Shown here: positions 1 to 10,794 of the stretch, piece by piece
Position numbering within the stretch: position 1 is the stretch's first letter
How the letters are laid out: every line of letters starts with the position of its first letter
Assembly (NCBI GenBank): GCA_947476215.1
Contig: CANJQI010000006.1
Location: 1 to 60,343, forward strand
Direction: 5' to 3'
DNA: 60,343 nucleotides
Source: Betaproteobacteria bacterium
GTDB taxonomy: Bacteria > Pseudomonadota > Gammaproteobacteria > Burkholderiales > SG8-41
Notes under the pieces: model-generated
Database searches by the model: none
What the model was told of the DNA's origin: nothing
The model's input: only the letters and a program-made list of their open reading frames with translations
Position numbers and translations under genes: made by a program

Positions 1-39
1 AGGTGCGGCGACTGTTGACATTCGTACAGGAGAATTGCC

Positions 40-975
40 ATGCCCCAATCCAAGATCCGCCGTTACCTGCGTCACGGCATGCTGCCGCAGCTCAGCGTGT
101 TCGAGGCCGTTGCGCGCCTCGGAAGCTTTACCCGCGCCGGAGAAGAGTTGTATATGGCGCAGCCTACGGTCTCCGTGCAGATCAAGAAGCTTACGGAAAC
201 CATAGGCGCGCCGTTGTTGGAGCAGGTCGGCAAAACGGTAAGGCTGACGTCGGTAGGTCGGGAACTGCAGATTGCAAGCAGTGAGATCTTCCAGGCGTTT
301 AGCCGATTTGAGCAAAAGGTGGCGGACACGCGCGGACTGCAGACCGGCTCGCTCGACGTCGCAGCCAGCACCGTCGCCAAATATTTTACTTCGCGCATGC
401 TGGTTGAATTTGCGAAAGTCTATCCGGGAATCACCGTGCGCATGCACGTCGGGCATCGGCAGTCGCTGCTCGATCGCATCGCGACCAACGCCGACGATCT
501 GTACCTGATGGCGAACCCGCCGTCAGGTGATGAGGTGGTAAGTCTGCGCTTGATGCCCAACCCTGTCGTGGTGTTCGCCTGCAGCGATCATCCGCTGGCA
601 GGGCTATCCAGCATTCCATTCGCGCGACTTGCACAGGAACCCCTGCTGGTGCGCGAGTCCGGTTCCGGCACCCGCATGACCACCGAGCGCCTGTTCCGTG
701 AGCGGGGAATTACGCCTAACATACGCATGGAACTCGGCAGCAACGAATCCATCCGCGAAGCCCTGACGTCCGGCCTGGGCGTGTCCATCATGTCGCGCCA
801 GTACGCAGGCGTGGATCTGGACGCCAACCTGACCGTGCTGGATGTTGAAGGATTTCCGATCAAATCGCACTGGTACTTGGTCTACCCGGTAGGCAAGCAG
901 TTGTCATTTATCGCGCAGACATTTCTCGACGTTCTGCGCAAGGAGGCACAGCGTCTGGATTCCGTGAAAACCTGA
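40..975 (+). CDS. LysR-family transcriptional regulator (CbbR/CmpR-like subgroup)
   Basis: N-terminal LysR HTH (QLSVFEAVARLGSFTRAGEELYMAQPTVSVQIKKL), REsGSGTR and MELGSNESI motifs typical of CbbR/CmpR/CysL-like proteins; AGGAG RBS upstream. Confidence 0.9.
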   Translation: MPQSKIRRYLRHGMLPQLSVFEAVARLGSFTRAGEELYMAQPTVSVQIKKLTETIGAPLLEQVGKTVRLTSVGRELQIASSEIFQAFSRFEQKVADTRGLQTGSLDVAASTVAKYFTSRMLVEFAKVYPGITVRMHVGHRQSLLDRIATNADDLYLMANPPSGDEVVSLRLMPNPVVVFACSDHPLAGLSSIPFARLAQEPLLVRESGSGTRMTTERLFRERGITPNIRMELGSNESIREALTSGLGVSIMSRQYAGVDLDANLTVLDVEGFPIKSHWYLVYPVGKQLSFIAQTFLDVLRKEAQRLDSVKT

Positions 976-1030
976 AAGATACCGAGTTCCAGCTCAAGCA
1001 CGGTAATCGCCAAAATGTAGGCGCTGCGTC

Positions 1031-4000
1031 TCACTTCAGTTTCAACGGCCTGCGCATCAGCAAGTATGCCGCGGGAATGACGAACATCGACAGCAACGGC
1101 GCGGTAATCATTCCGCCCACCATGGGAGCGGCGATGCGTTGCATGATTTCCGATCCGGTTCCGGTGCCAAACATAATGGGCAGCAGACCGGCGATGATGA
1201 CGGCCACCGTCATCGCCTTGGGGCGCACGCGCAACACCGCGCCTTCGGCAATCGACTGCATCAGCAGGTCCAGGGTAGGCGCCTCGCCCGATGCGAGCCG
1301 TGCATCCCACGCGTGCCTGAGATAGAGCAGCATGATCACGCCGAATTCGGCGGCGACACCGGCAAGTGCGATGAAACCGACACCACTGGCCACCGACAGG
1401 TTGTGATTGAGCAGCCACAACAGCCAGAAGCCGCCCACCAATGCAAACGGCAGTGTCGCCATGATGAGCAAGGCCTCGTCCACGCGCTGAAAAGTGAGAA
1501 AGAGCAGCATGAATATGATGGCGAGGGTGGCCGGTACCACGATTTTGAGCCTGGCACTTGCGCGTTCCAGGTATTCGAACTGCCCTGACCACGACACCGA
1601 ATAGCCGGGCGGCACTTTCACCTCCCGCATTACGGCCTGCTGCATATCGATCACCGCCGACTTGAGATCGCGGCCACGGATGTCGACGTACACCCACCCG
1701 GCGAGCCTGGCGTTTTCCGACCGCAGCATGGGCGGGCCGTCGGTAATGCCGATTGCGGCGACATCCGTTAATCGTATTTGCGCGCCGCGTTCGGTGAGCA
1801 CCGGCAGGTTGCGTATCTTCTCGACCGAGTCACGGATTTCGCGCGGATATCGCACGTTGATCGGAAACCTTTGCAGCCCCTCGACGGTTTCGCCGATATT
1901 ATCGCCACCGATCGCCGCGGACACGATGCTCTGCACATCCGCGATGTTCATGCCATACCGCGCCGCGGCGTCACGATCTATCTTGACATCGATATAGCGT
2001 CCGCCATTGAGACGTTCGGCAAGCGCTGAACTTACACCGGCTACTGTCCTGGTCACACGCTCGATATCGCCCGTGATGCGATCGATTTCCTTGAGGTTGG
2101 TCCCTGCCACTTTCACGCCGACCGGACTCTTGATACCGGTGGCAAGCATATCGATGCGATTGCGGATCGGCGGCACCCAGATGTTCGAAATTCCCGGCAC
2201 TTGGACAATGCGGTCGAGTTCCTCAACGAGCTTGTCGGGCGTCATGCCCGCACGCCATTCGCTGCGCGGCTTGAACTGTATGGTGGTCTCGAGCATCTCC
2301 AGGGGCGCGGGATCGGTGGCCGTTTCGGCACGGCCCGCCTTGCCGAATACGCGCGCCACCTCCGGCACGCTCTTGATCAACCTGTCGGTCTGCTGCAGCA
2401 GTTCCGTGACTTTTCCGATGGATATGCCGGGCAGAGCGGACGGCATATAAAGCAGATCGCCTTCGTCGAGCGGCGGCATGAATTCACCTCCCAAACGGAT
2501 TGCGGGATAGATCGCCAACAACCCGACCATCAATGCACCCACCAGTGTCGTGCAGGGAAAACGCAGAACCAGAGCGAGGCATGGCCGGTAGACCGCGATC
2601 AGCAGTCTGTTGAGCGGGTTCGCGGATTCGCCGGGGATCTTGCCGCGTATCAGATAACCCATCAGCACGGGGATCAACGTCACCGCCAACCCCGCCGACG
2701 CAGCCATCGCATAGCTCTTGGTGTACGCCAGTGGAGAAAACAGCCGGCCTTCCTGTGCCTCCAGCGTAAACACCGGTATAAACGACAACGTGATGATCAG
2801 CAGGGAGAAAAACAGCGCCGGCCCGACCTCCGCCGCCGCATCGGCAATGACCCGCCAGTGTTCATCGCCGCGCAAAACACAACCCGGATGCGCGTGCCGC
2901 CAGCGCTCCAGATGCTTGTGTGCGTTTTCTATCATCACGACTGCGGCATCGACCATGGCGCCGACAGCGATGGCGATGCCGCCCAGCGACATGATGTTTG
3001 CATTCACGCCCTGATAATGCATGACGATAAACGCCATCAAAATACCTATCGGCAGGGTGACGATGGCCACCAGGGATGAGCGCACATGAAACAGGAACAG
3101 CGCGCAGACCAGCGCCACAATGACGAACTCCTCGACGAGTTTTTCGCCGAGGTTGCTGACCGCGCGCTTGATCAGATCGGAACGGTCGTAGGTCGGCACG
3201 ATTTCCACGCCGGGCGGCAAGCCCGGCTTCAACGATTCCAGCTTGGCCTTGACCGCGGTAATGGTTTCGAGCGCGTTCTTGCCCGAGCGCATGACGATAA
3301 TGCCGCCCACGACTTCTCCCGTTCCGTCCAGTTCCGCGACCCCACGCCGCATCTCGGGACCTACCTGCACTCGCGCCACATCGGCTAGCCGCACGGAAAT
3401 CCCGGTGTTGGTCGTCATCAGCGGAATCCTGCGAAAATCGTCAAGCGATTGCAGGTAGCCGGAAGCGCGCACCATGTATTCGGCCTCTCCGAGTTCAAGC
3501 ACCGAACCGCCGCTTTCCTGATTTGCTTTCTGCACCGCGTCTATGACCTTCGAATGCGGGATGTTGTAAGCGCGCAATTTGTCGGGATCGAGAACGATCT
3601 GATATTGCCGCACCATGCCGCCTATGCTGGCCACTTCCGAGACATTGGGCACCGTCTTCAACTCGTATTTGAGGAACCAGTCCTGCAGCGTGCGCAATTG
3701 CGACAAATCCATGCTTCCGCTGCGATCCACCAGCGCATACTCGTATACCCACCCCACGCCGGTTGCGTCCGGACCCAGCGCGGTTTTGGCCTGAGCCGGC
3801 AGGCGCGACTGCGCCTGATTCAGGTATTCCAGCACGCGCGAGCGCGCCCAGTACGGATCGGTACCGTCTTCGAACAGTACGTAAACGAATGAATCGCCGA
3901 AGAATGAATAGCCGCGCACCGTTTTCGCGCCCGGCACCGAGAGCATGGTGGTCGTCAGCGGATAGGTGATCTGGTTTTCGACGATCTGCGGCGCCTGCCC

Positions 4001-4162
4001 CGGAAAGCTGGTGCGTATGATCACCTGCACGTCGGACAGATCGGGAATCGCATCGAGTGGTGTGCGCTGCACGGACCACGCGCCCCACGCCGAAACGAAT
4101 ATCGTCGCCAGCAACACCAGAAAGCGGTTGGCGATGGACCAGCGTATGAGTTGCGCGATCAT
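1031..4162 (-). CDS. cusA: Heavy-metal (Cu/Ag) efflux RND permease, CusA/SilA family
   Basis: 1043 aa; [45 protein letters not shown] Met motifs; RVRPKAMT. Confidence 0.95.
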   Translation of the reverse strand: MIAQLIRWSIANRFLVLLATIFVSAWGAWSVQRTPLDAIPDLSDVQVIIRTSFPGQAPQIVENQITYPLTTTMLSVPGAKTVRGYSFFGDSFVYVLFEDGTDPYWARSRVLEYLNQAQSRLPAQAKTALGPDATGVGWVYEYALVDRSGSMDLSQLRTLQDWFLKYELKTVPNVSEVASIGGMVRQYQIVLDPDKLRAYNIPHSKVIDAVQKANQESGGSVLELGEAEYMVRASGYLQSLDDFRRIPLMTTNTGISVRLADVARVQVGPEMRRGVAELDGTGEVVGGIIVMRSGKNALETITAVKAKLESLKPGLPPGVEIVPTYDRSDLIKRAVSNLGEKLVEEFVIVALVCALFLFHVRSSLVAIVTLPIGILMAFIVMHYQGVNANIMSLGGIAIAVGAMVDAAVVMIENAHKHLERWRHAHPGCVLRGDEHWRVIADAAAEVGPALFFSLLIITLSFIPVFTLEAQEGRLFSPLAYTKSYAMAASAGLAVTLIPVLMGYLIRGKIPGESANPLNRLLIAVYRPCLALVLRFPCTTLVGALMVGLLAIYPAIRLGGEFMPPLDEGDLLYMPSALPGISIGKVTELLQQTDRLIKSVPEVARVFGKAGRAETATDPAPLEMLETTIQFKPRSEWRAGMTPDKLVEELDRIVQVPGISNIWVPPIRNRIDMLATGIKSPVGVKVAGTNLKEIDRITGDIERVTRTVAGVSSALAERLNGGRYIDVKIDRDAAARYGMNIADVQSIVSAAIGGDNIGETVEGLQRFPINVRYPREIRDSVEKIRNLPVLTERGAQIRLTDVAAIGITDGPPMLRSENARLAGWVYVDIRGRDLKSAVIDMQQAVMREVKVPPGYSVSWSGQFEYLERASARLKIVVPATLAIIFMLLFLTFQRVDEALLIMATLPFALVGGFWLLWLLNHNLSVASGVGFIALAGVAAEFGVIMLLYLRHAWDARLASGEAPTLDLLMQSIAEGAVLRVRPKAMTVAVIIAGLLPIMFGTGTGSEIMQRIAAPMVGGMITAPLLSMFVIPAAYLLMRRPLKLK

Positions 4163-5466
4163 TTGCCGGTGCCGTGCTGACGTTGTGCCGGCGGCGCATC
4201 CGGAGGCTCCGACATGCGCGTCGCGGTTGCCTTGAGACTGGACTCGGAGTCGATCAGGAACTGGCCTGATATGACGACCTTCTGGCCGGCAGTCAGCCCC
4301 TTGCGGATTTCCGTCTGGCCATGCGCTTCAGCGCCGATGTCGACGTCAACGGGCTGATATTTCCCCGGTTCGGTCTCGACGAACACAACCTTGCGCTGCC
4401 CTGTGTGTATCACGGCCTCGCTGGGCACCGTCAAGACCGCGGCCTTGGCCGGCGCGGCGAAATCGATGTTTGCAAACATGCCCGGCGTCAGCGATCCATC
4501 TGCGTTGGCGACTTCGATTCTGGCCCTCAGCGTGCGGGTCGCAGCATTCACCTCGGGCAGTATCGCAGCCACGCGGCCTTGATACAAGCGGCCGGGCGCC
4601 GCGAGCGCATGCACCACCACACGGTGGCCCGGACGTATCTGTGCAACGCGCGTTTCAGCAATTTCTGCATACGCCCACACCGATGATAAGCCATTGATTT
4701 TGAATAAAATTGATCCCACTGCCACGGTCATGCCTTCGCGCACGCCGAGTTCGGAGATCACACCGCCGATGGGCGCGGCCAGCGTGAAGCGCGGGTTTGC
4801 CTTGCCGGCTGTCTCGACGACGCGCACCTGATCCTCGCTCATGCCCGCCAGCAGCATGCGCTGGCGCGCCGCGGCGAGCACGACATCGAGGCCCTGGCCC
4901 TGCATGCGCCGTACCGACAGGTATTCCTCCTGCGCAGCGATCCACTCCGGTGCATATAGTTCAGCCAGCGGCTGACCTTTGCGTACCGGGTCTAGCGGAG
5001 CACGCACGTACAAGCTTTCCACAAACCCGGCGGTGCGTGCGGTTACCACGGCAACGTCGCGCTCGTTGTATGCAATGCTGCCGACAACATCAAGTTTTTG
5101 CGTCATGGCGCCCGTGCTCACTTCCGCAGTACGCACGCCGAGGTTCTGCTGCATGCGCGCACTGATGCTGACGGTTCCCGTATCGCTGTCGCCATCCGCA
5201 TAAACCGGCACCAGTTGCATGTCCATGAAAGGCGATTTGCCGGGTTTGTCGAATTTCTGAGCCGGCACCATGGGATCGTGCCAGTACAACACCTTCCTGC
5301 TATCGGGCGTATCAACCCCATTCGCACCGTGCGCGGGGTCGGCGGCAGGCGCGGTAGCGCCTGCCATGCTGGTTCCACGATTCATGCCCAAGCGGAAGCC
5401 GCCATAGCTTGCAGCGACTACGACACCTGTAACTGCCATTGCAATCACCAGCGTTCGCATGTTCAT
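4159..5466 (-). CDS. cusB: RND periplasmic adaptor, CusB family
   Basis: YWHDPMVP...[13 protein letters not shown] heavy-metal-binding motif, [12 protein letters not shown]; start placed at ATG 5466, which overlaps the upstream stop (ATGA). Confidence 0.92.
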   Translation of the reverse strand: MNMRTLVIAMAVTGVVVAASYGGFRLGMNRGTSMAGATAPAADPAHGANGVDTPDSRKVLYWHDPMVPAQKFDKPGKSPFMDMQLVPVYADGDSDTGTVSISARMQQNLGVRTAEVSTGAMTQKLDVVGSIAYNERDVAVVTARTAGFVESLYVRAPLDPVRKGQPLAELYAPEWIAAQEEYLSVRRMQGQGLDVVLAAARQRMLLAGMSEDQVRVVETAGKANPRFTLAAPIGGVISELGVREGMTVAVGSILFKINGLSSVWAYAEIAETRVAQIRPGHRVVVHALAAPGRLYQGRVAAILPEVNAATRTLRARIEVANADGSLTPGMFANIDFAAPAKAAVLTVPSEAVIHTGQRKVVFVETEPGKYQPVDVDIGAEAHGQTEIRKGLTAGQKVVISGQFLIDSESSLKATATRMSEPPDAPPAQRQHGTGK

Positions 5467-6815
5467 TTGCGCTCCTTCGACGACGATGTGGATGCAGGAC
5501 GCGATTCGTGTGCACCATCGGGTACAAGGAAATTGAGCTGAGCCCACACGCGAGCCGTATCCATTTCAAGCTGCACCCGCTGGATGCGCACGTCGATTTC
5601 ATTTCGGCGCGCGGCCAGCACGGCGGCCAGGTCGCTCTTGCCGCCACGATAGGCAACCAGCGCAGCCCGTGTGCGGTCGGCAGCGAGTGGGAGCAATTCG
5701 CGATCGTAACGGCCACAGCGTTCCAGACCGTTTTCCCATTCGTTCAACATTGCCCGCACCTCGGCAACATGCGCACGCAAACCATCTTGCTGTTGCGCTT
5801 TGGCGCGATCAACCAATGCCAGCCGGGCCCTGAGCTCGCGCTCCTGGCGGTTCTTCTGATCCCACTGCAAGGGCACGGAGACACCGATGGAAATCATGTT
5901 GGAATACGCCGGGCCACGCTGCTGATAGGCGAGTTCGACGCTCCAATCCGCCTGCTTGTTCGCCTTGGCCAGTAACGCGTCGGCCTCCGCAATCGCAACC
6001 TGACGGCCGAGCACCGCGATTTCCGGATGATATTCAAGCTCGCGATCAAGCGCACGGGGGTTAATGCGCACGGCACTGATGTCCGGTTCACCGGCGAGCG
6101 GAGCGTCGGCAGCCTCGCCCGCCCAGCGCGCCAGCATCGCGCGCGCGCTGCGCAGGCGGCGATCAAGTTCCGAAAGGCGATCGTGCAAGGCAACGCGCGA
6201 TGCGCGCGCGGCTAACACCTCCGCCTGACTGCCGCGCCCGGCGCGATAAGCACCCTCGGCCGCCTCGATCTCCAGACCGGCTTCTTCCGCCTGGGCGGTC
6301 ATGACGGTCCGCATGCGTTCGAGGTAATAACGATCCAGCCATGCAAGCGCGGTATCGCGCTGTATGGCGGCCTCCGATGCAGATCGCTCGGTGACGGCGA
6401 GTTCCGCTTCGCGCGTGTAACGCTCCGATTTGAAGCGGCGTTTCTCAGTGCGCGTCAGTTCCTGCGTTATCCCGATACGGCGCATGGTCATGAAATCGCG
6501 CGCCAGGCTGAATTGATCCGCGCCATCGGCGGGAAGATTGTCGATCCCGAATTTAAACACCGCGTCCGGAAGCTGTCCGGCAGCGACGGACATTTCCCGT
6601 GATGCGGAAATCATTGCGTCGCCGGCGGCCAGCCGCGCGGACCGTTCGACCGCGATGCGCTGCGCGCCTTTCAACGTCAATGCCGATTGAGCGACTGCTG
6701 TATCCGGAGCCAGGATGAGCCCGACCAGTAGCGCGGATACGGCGATCGCGCATCGCCCCAACGCGGACCGCAAGCATGAGGTGCGGAAACGCCGCACGCG
6801 AGTAAGCAGCACCAT
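5463..6815 (-). CDS. TolC-family outer membrane channel of the heavy-metal RND system (CusC/CzcC-like)
   Basis: Signal peptide, OEP-type helical repeats, DFMTMRRIG motif; first structural gene of the CBA operon. Confidence 0.88.
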   Translation of the reverse strand: MVLLTRVRRFRTSCLRSALGRCAIAVSALLVGLILAPDTAVAQSALTLKGAQRIAVERSARLAAGDAMISASREMSVAAGQLPDAVFKFGIDNLPADGADQFSLARDFMTMRRIGITQELTRTEKRRFKSERYTREAELAVTERSASEAAIQRDTALAWLDRYYLERMRTVMTAQAEEAGLEIEAAEGAYRAGRGSQAEVLAARASRVALHDRLSELDRRLRSARAMLARWAGEAADAPLAGEPDISAVRINPRALDRELEYHPEIAVLGRQVAIAEADALLAKANKQADWSVELAYQQRGPAYSNMISIGVSVPLQWDQKNRQERELRARLALVDRAKAQQQDGLRAHVAEVRAMLNEWENGLERCGRYDRELLPLAADRTRAALVAYRGGKSDLAAVLAARRNEIDVRIQRVQLEMDTARVWAQLNFLVPDGAHESRPASTSSSKERK

Positions 6816-6889
6816 GAGTATCTCCCGAACAAATCCGATTCCCGCCGCGCACCAGCGCGCCGGCGGGTCTTACCAGACTTGCGGGAAGG

Positions 6890-7285
6890 TCAAATACGCA
6901 GAAAGCCGAAACGTATCAACGGCGGCGGCGAGGTCTCTCGCTCCGGATAGGCTGGATGGGAAGCGATACGGTCGTCCGCTTCGATAACTGTCGTTTCAAC
7001 GACGACGGTGTAAGACATCGCCATCGGCGGGACCGGTATGTGTGGTGTCGTTTGCACGGCCTGATCCCCGGACTGGCAATGCTGGAGGCAAAGGTTGGCG
7101 TTTCCGGAACCGTGTGAGTCGCAATCCGGCATGGCCATCGGAGTTTGCGGGAACAATGCGGCATGCAGCATGTCGCCCGGACTCATGTTTACAGGGCACG
7201 CGTACGCAGCCACTGCCATCTGCGCGAATAGCAGCACCGCGATGCCGTATCGGGCGATTGCCCGGCGAAAAACCCAAATCCTCAT
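6890..7285 (-). CDS. Small exported Cys/His/Met protein with Pro-rich C-terminus, leading the cus operon (CzcI/DUF2946-like leader candidate)
   Basis: Signal-like N-terminus ending AAYAC, then PDCDSH and LCLQHC, C-terminal SPPPLIRFGFLRI; 74 nt upstream of the TolC gene on the same strand. Confidence 0.7.
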   Translation of the reverse strand: MRIWVFRRAIARYGIAVLLFAQMAVAAYACPVNMSPGDMLHAALFPQTPMAMPDCDSHGSGNANLCLQHCQSGDQAVQTTPHIPVPPMAMSYTVVVETTVIEADDRIASHPAYPERETSPPPLIRFGFLRI

Positions 7286-7292
7286 CTAACAC

Positions 7293-7333
7293 AGTCTACA
7301 CCATGCGTGTGGCGGGTTCTTGATCCATGTCAA
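7293..7333 (-). promoter_or_regulatory. FNR/Anr-type box (TTGACATGGATCAA, 7333-7320) with -10 element TAGACT (7298-7293)
   Basis: 9 of 10 match to TTGAT-N4-ATCAA; centred at -41.5 if transcription starts at 7285 (class II geometry). Confidence 0.6.
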
Positions 7334-7493
7334 CAAGTCTGGCGTGCCGTGCCGCGCGATTCAGATTACCTGTCAGGCACCAATGGCACAACCTTAACAA
7401 GAAGCTCAACCACTTAACGCGGCCGCGTTGGGAGTTTGAATTGATCCGTTAAGCGCAACGTTTAAAGTCTTCTTGCTCACGCACGCCCTCAAC

Positions 7494-8819
7494 TCACAGC
7501 ACGTAGCGAGCAAGATCCTCGCTCTGCGCCAATCCCTTGAGACGTGAGTCGACGTACGCATCATCGATAGCTATCGTCTGGCCTGAATGCTTTGCCGCGT
7601 CAAACGAGATTTCCTCGAGCAACTTTTCCATCACGGTATGCAGCCGGCGTGCGCCTATGTTCTCGGTCTTTTCGTTGACTTGCCACGCTATCTCGGCCAT
7701 GCGCTTGATTGCGGACGGCTGAAACTCGAGTTTCACACCCTCGGTCTCCAACAACGCCTGATATTGCCGCGTAAGACAGGCGTCGGTATTGGTCAGTATC
7801 TGTTCAAAATCGGTTACGCTGAGGCTGGCCAACTCAACGCGGATCGGGAAGCGCCCCTGCAATTCCGGTATCAGATCCGACGGCTTGGCGAGGTGAAATG
7901 CGCCGCTGGCTATGAACAGGATATGGTCGGTCTTGATCATGCCGTACTTGGTCGACACCGTCGTGCCCTCAACCAGCGGCAGGAGATCCCGTTGTACGCC
8001 CTGACGGGAAACTTCGGCACCGGAAGCCTCACCACGGCTGGTGATCTTGTCGATCTCGTCGAGAAACACGATCCCGTTCTGTTCAACGTTGGTGACGGCG
8101 TGGGACTTGAGGTCATCGTCGTTGACCAGTTTCGCAGCCTCTTCCTCGATCAGCAGTTTCATCGCTTCGCGGATTTTGACCTGCCGGCTCTTCTTGCGCG
8201 ACGTGCCGAGATTCTGGAACATGCCCTGTATCTGGGTCGTCAGATCCTCCATTCCCGGCGGCGCGAAAATTTCCATGTGCGCCTGCGGCGTGGCGACTTC
8301 AATCTCGATCTCCTTGTCGTCGAGCTCGCCTTCGCGCAGCTTCTTGCGAAATTTCTGCCGTGTAAGGTTATCGGTGTCCGACAGCGCACTGTCGCCATCG
8401 CGCGCCGATGGCAGCAGAATATCAAGCACGCGCTCCTCAGCCTGGTCCTCAGCCTGCCGCCGTACCTTGCGCGTTGCGTGCTCGCGCGCCTGCTTGATCG
8501 CCGATTCGACCAGATCACGGATGATGGTATCGACGTCGCGTCCGACATATCCGACTTCGGTAAACTTGGTCGCTTCGATCTTGATAAACGGCGCATCGGC
8601 TAGCCGCGCCAGGCGACGTGCGATCTCCGTCTTGCCCACGCCCGTGGGGCCTATCATCAGAATATTCTTGGGCGTGATCTCCTGCCGCAGCGGCTCCGGC
8701 ACTTGCTGCCTGCGCCAGCGGTTTCTTAATGCGATTGAAACAGCACGCTTGGCGGCGTCCTGCCCTATGATATGTTTGTCCAGTTCGTGGACGATTTCCT
8801 GCGGCGTCATGTGGCTCAT
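7494..8819 (-). CDS. hslU: ATP-dependent protease ATPase subunit HslU
   Basis: [25 protein letters not shown] Walker [27 protein letters not shown]-terminal DLARYVL. Confidence 0.98.
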   Translation of the reverse strand: MSHMTPQEIVHELDKHIIGQDAAKRAVSIALRNRWRRQQVPEPLRQEITPKNILMIGPTGVGKTEIARRLARLADAPFIKIEATKFTEVGYVGRDVDTIIRDLVESAIKQAREHATRKVRRQAEDQAEERVLDILLPSARDGDSALSDTDNLTRQKFRKKLREGELDDKEIEIEVATPQAHMEIFAPPGMEDLTTQIQGMFQNLGTSRKKSRQVKIREAMKLLIEEEAAKLVNDDDLKSHAVTNVEQNGIVFLDEIDKITSRGEASGAEVSRQGVQRDLLPLVEGTTVSTKYGMIKTDHILFIASGAFHLAKPSDLIPELQGRFPIRVELASLSVTDFEQILTNTDACLTRQYQALLETEGVKLEFQPSAIKRMAEIAWQVNEKTENIGARRLHTVMEKLLEEISFDAAKHSGQTIAIDDAYVDSRLKGLAQSEDLARYVL

Positions 8820-8831
8820 TGCTTATGTGGC

Positions 8832-8938
8832 GGTGATTGGTGATTGGTGATTGGTGATTGGTGATTGGCAACAGGTCCGTTACAGAATTTTGCGTAGGCG
8901 CTCCACCGCTTACCGCTCACTGATTACCGTTTACCACT
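8832..8938. repeat. Heptamer tandem array (GGTGATT)x5 at 8832-8868 plus a degenerate counter-oriented heptamer array at 8904-8938
   Basis: Direct reading: five exact units, then caccgct/taccgct/cactgat/taccgtt/taccact. Confidence 0.85.
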
Positions 8939-8943
8939 ACAAG

Positions 8944-9480
8944 TCATTCAAGCAGTTCGATGATGTGCTGCTGATTGGTATATATGCACAGATCGCCCGC
9001 GATGACCAGCGATTGCTTGACGATATCCTCGGGCGGCATAGTCGTGTGCTCCAGCAGCGCGCGCGCCGCCGCCTGCGCATAAGGGCCGCCGCTGCCGATC
9101 GCAACCAGGCCCTGTTCAGGCTCGATTACATCGCCGTTGCCGGAAATGATCAGCGAGCTCTGGCTGTCACACACCACCAGCATCGCTTCGAGACGGCGCA
9201 ATATTCGATCGGTACGCCAGTCCTTGGCAAGTTCCACCGCCGAACGCAACAGGTTGCCCTGGTGTTTCTCCAGTTTGGCTTCAAAACGCTCAAAAAGCGT
9301 GAACGCATCCGCCGTGCCGCCGGCAAAGCCGGCGAGTATTTTGTCGCCGTACATGCGGCGCACCTTGCGTGCGGTCGACTTGACGACCACGTGTCCCAGT
9401 GTAACCTGGCCGTCGCCGCCGAGCGCCACGCGCTTGCCGCGCCGCGCGGAGACGATGGTAGTGCCGTGAAACTGTTCCAT
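8944..9480 (-). CDS. hslV: ATP-dependent protease peptidase subunit HslV
   Basis: HGTTIVS (catalytic Thr), [30 protein letters not shown]. Confidence 0.98.
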   Translation of the reverse strand: MEQFHGTTIVSARRGKRVALGGDGQVTLGHVVVKSTARKVRRMYGDKILAGFAGGTADAFTLFERFEAKLEKHQGNLLRSAVELAKDWRTDRILRRLEAMLVVCDSQSSLIISGNGDVIEPEQGLVAIGSGGPYAQAAARALLEHTTMPPEDIVKQSLVIAGDLCIYTNQQHIIELLE

Positions 9481-9536
9481 GAATTAGCGCGCCGACCGGC
9501 GAGTCATCAATATCGGGGCGCTATTATCCCACACCG

Positions 9537-10469
9537 TCACACCACGTGATCGGGCGCCAGCACACACGGAATGGCGGAAGTGCCCGTTTCGATCTGTACC
9601 GTGACATGTCCGATATGGAACTTGTGCTCAACCTGCTGAATAACGCTGGACAGAAACTCGTCTCCCGGATGCCCGTTCGGCATCACCATGTGCACGGTTA
9701 ATGCCGTTTCGGTGGTGCTCATGGCCCAGATGTGCAGATCATGTACTTCCGTGACGCCGTCAAGTTCGGCGAAATAGCGACGCACGTCCGCCGGATTGAC
9801 GCTCTCCGGGGCAGCCTGCAGCGCCAGCCTTACCGAGTCGCGCAACAATCCCCAGGTGCCGACAAAAATGACGGTAATGATCAACAGGCTGGTAACCGGA
9901 TCAAGCCACGTCCATCCGGTGTATTTCATCGCGATGCCCGCCACCACAACGCCCAGCGATATCCCCGCATCCGCAGCCATGTGCAAGTACGCACCACGCA
10001 CGTTGATGTCGGTCTTGCTGCCCTTCATGAACAGCATCGCCGTCGCCGCATTGATCATCACACCCAGCGCCGCCACCCAGATCACGATCGTCTCGTTGAT
10101 GACGCTGTCGTTCTGAAATCGCAAGATGGCTTCCCACGCGATGCCACCGGTAACGATCAAAAGCAACATCGCGTTTCCCAGCGCCGCCAGTATGGTGGTG
10201 CCACGCAGTCCATACGTAAAACGCGCGGTCGGCGGGCGCCGTGCCAGGGCCATCGCACCACCCGCGAGTACCAGCCCCAGCACGTCGCTGAGGTTATGCG
10301 TGGCGTCCGCGATCAACGCCAGCGAATTGGCGCTGATTCCACTCACCCACTCGACCACGACAAAAATGACGTTCAGCGTGATGCCAAACACGAACGCACG
10401 CCCCATCCCGCCAGCGGGGGCCTTATCGTGATGGTGGTGATGACCGTGATCGTGTGTGTGGGCGTGCAT
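9537..10469 (-). CDS. Cation diffusion facilitator (Zn/Co/Cd efflux, CzcD/ZitB-like)
   Basis: His-rich N-terminus, SLALIADATHNLSD, NVRGAYLHMAAD, VHDLHIW, HVTVQIE. Confidence 0.93.
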   Translation of the reverse strand: MHAHTHDHGHHHHHDKAPAGGMGRAFVFGITLNVIFVVVEWVSGISANSLALIADATHNLSDVLGLVLAGGAMALARRPPTARFTYGLRGTTILAALGNAMLLLIVTGGIAWEAILRFQNDSVINETIVIWVAALGVMINAATAMLFMKGSKTDINVRGAYLHMAADAGISLGVVVAGIAMKYTGWTWLDPVTSLLIITVIFVGTWGLLRDSVRLALQAAPESVNPADVRRYFAELDGVTEVHDLHIWAMSTTETALTVHMVMPNGHPGDEFLSSVIQQVEHKFHIGHVTVQIETGTSAIPCVLAPDHVV

Positions 10470-10618
10470 TTGTATGAGGTTTAGTAATCGCCAGAGGCAG
10501 CACGTTTGGAAATCCCCGCGACCGGCCGGGATTCCATTGTAAGTCCAAAAACTCCGCGGAAGATGTTCATGTTACTGACCTTTTCACGATTCATGATCTT
10601 CATGCCGTCATGTCAACG

Positions 10619-10637
10619 AATACCGGAATCCGGTATT
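10619..10637. promoter_or_regulatory. Perfect 9-1-9 palindrome AATACCGGA-A-TCCGGTATT, putative operator
   Basis: Lies in the divergent intergenic region between the CDF and carboxyltransferase genes. Confidence 0.45.
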
Positions 10638-10794
10638 TGTCGCATTCTTCCTCAGTATCGCGGTGAATGTGGCTGGCGACAGTGTCATCTTCCTGTGTGT
10701 ATTCATGTTAATGTTCAAGTCAACTTTTGGCAGGATAGACATCCCGTGCAGTGGCACGACCGATAAGCAGCGCCGAACCCGAGGAGTATGCCGG

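Noticed and set aside
7328-7333. TTGACA as a -35 element or CueR/MerR-type promoter
   Set aside because: It is 29 nt from the best -10, and it is better explained as half of the FNR-type box
8515-8871. ORF beginning MPITNHQSPITNH
   Set aside because: Translation of the heptamer repeat running out of frame into hslU
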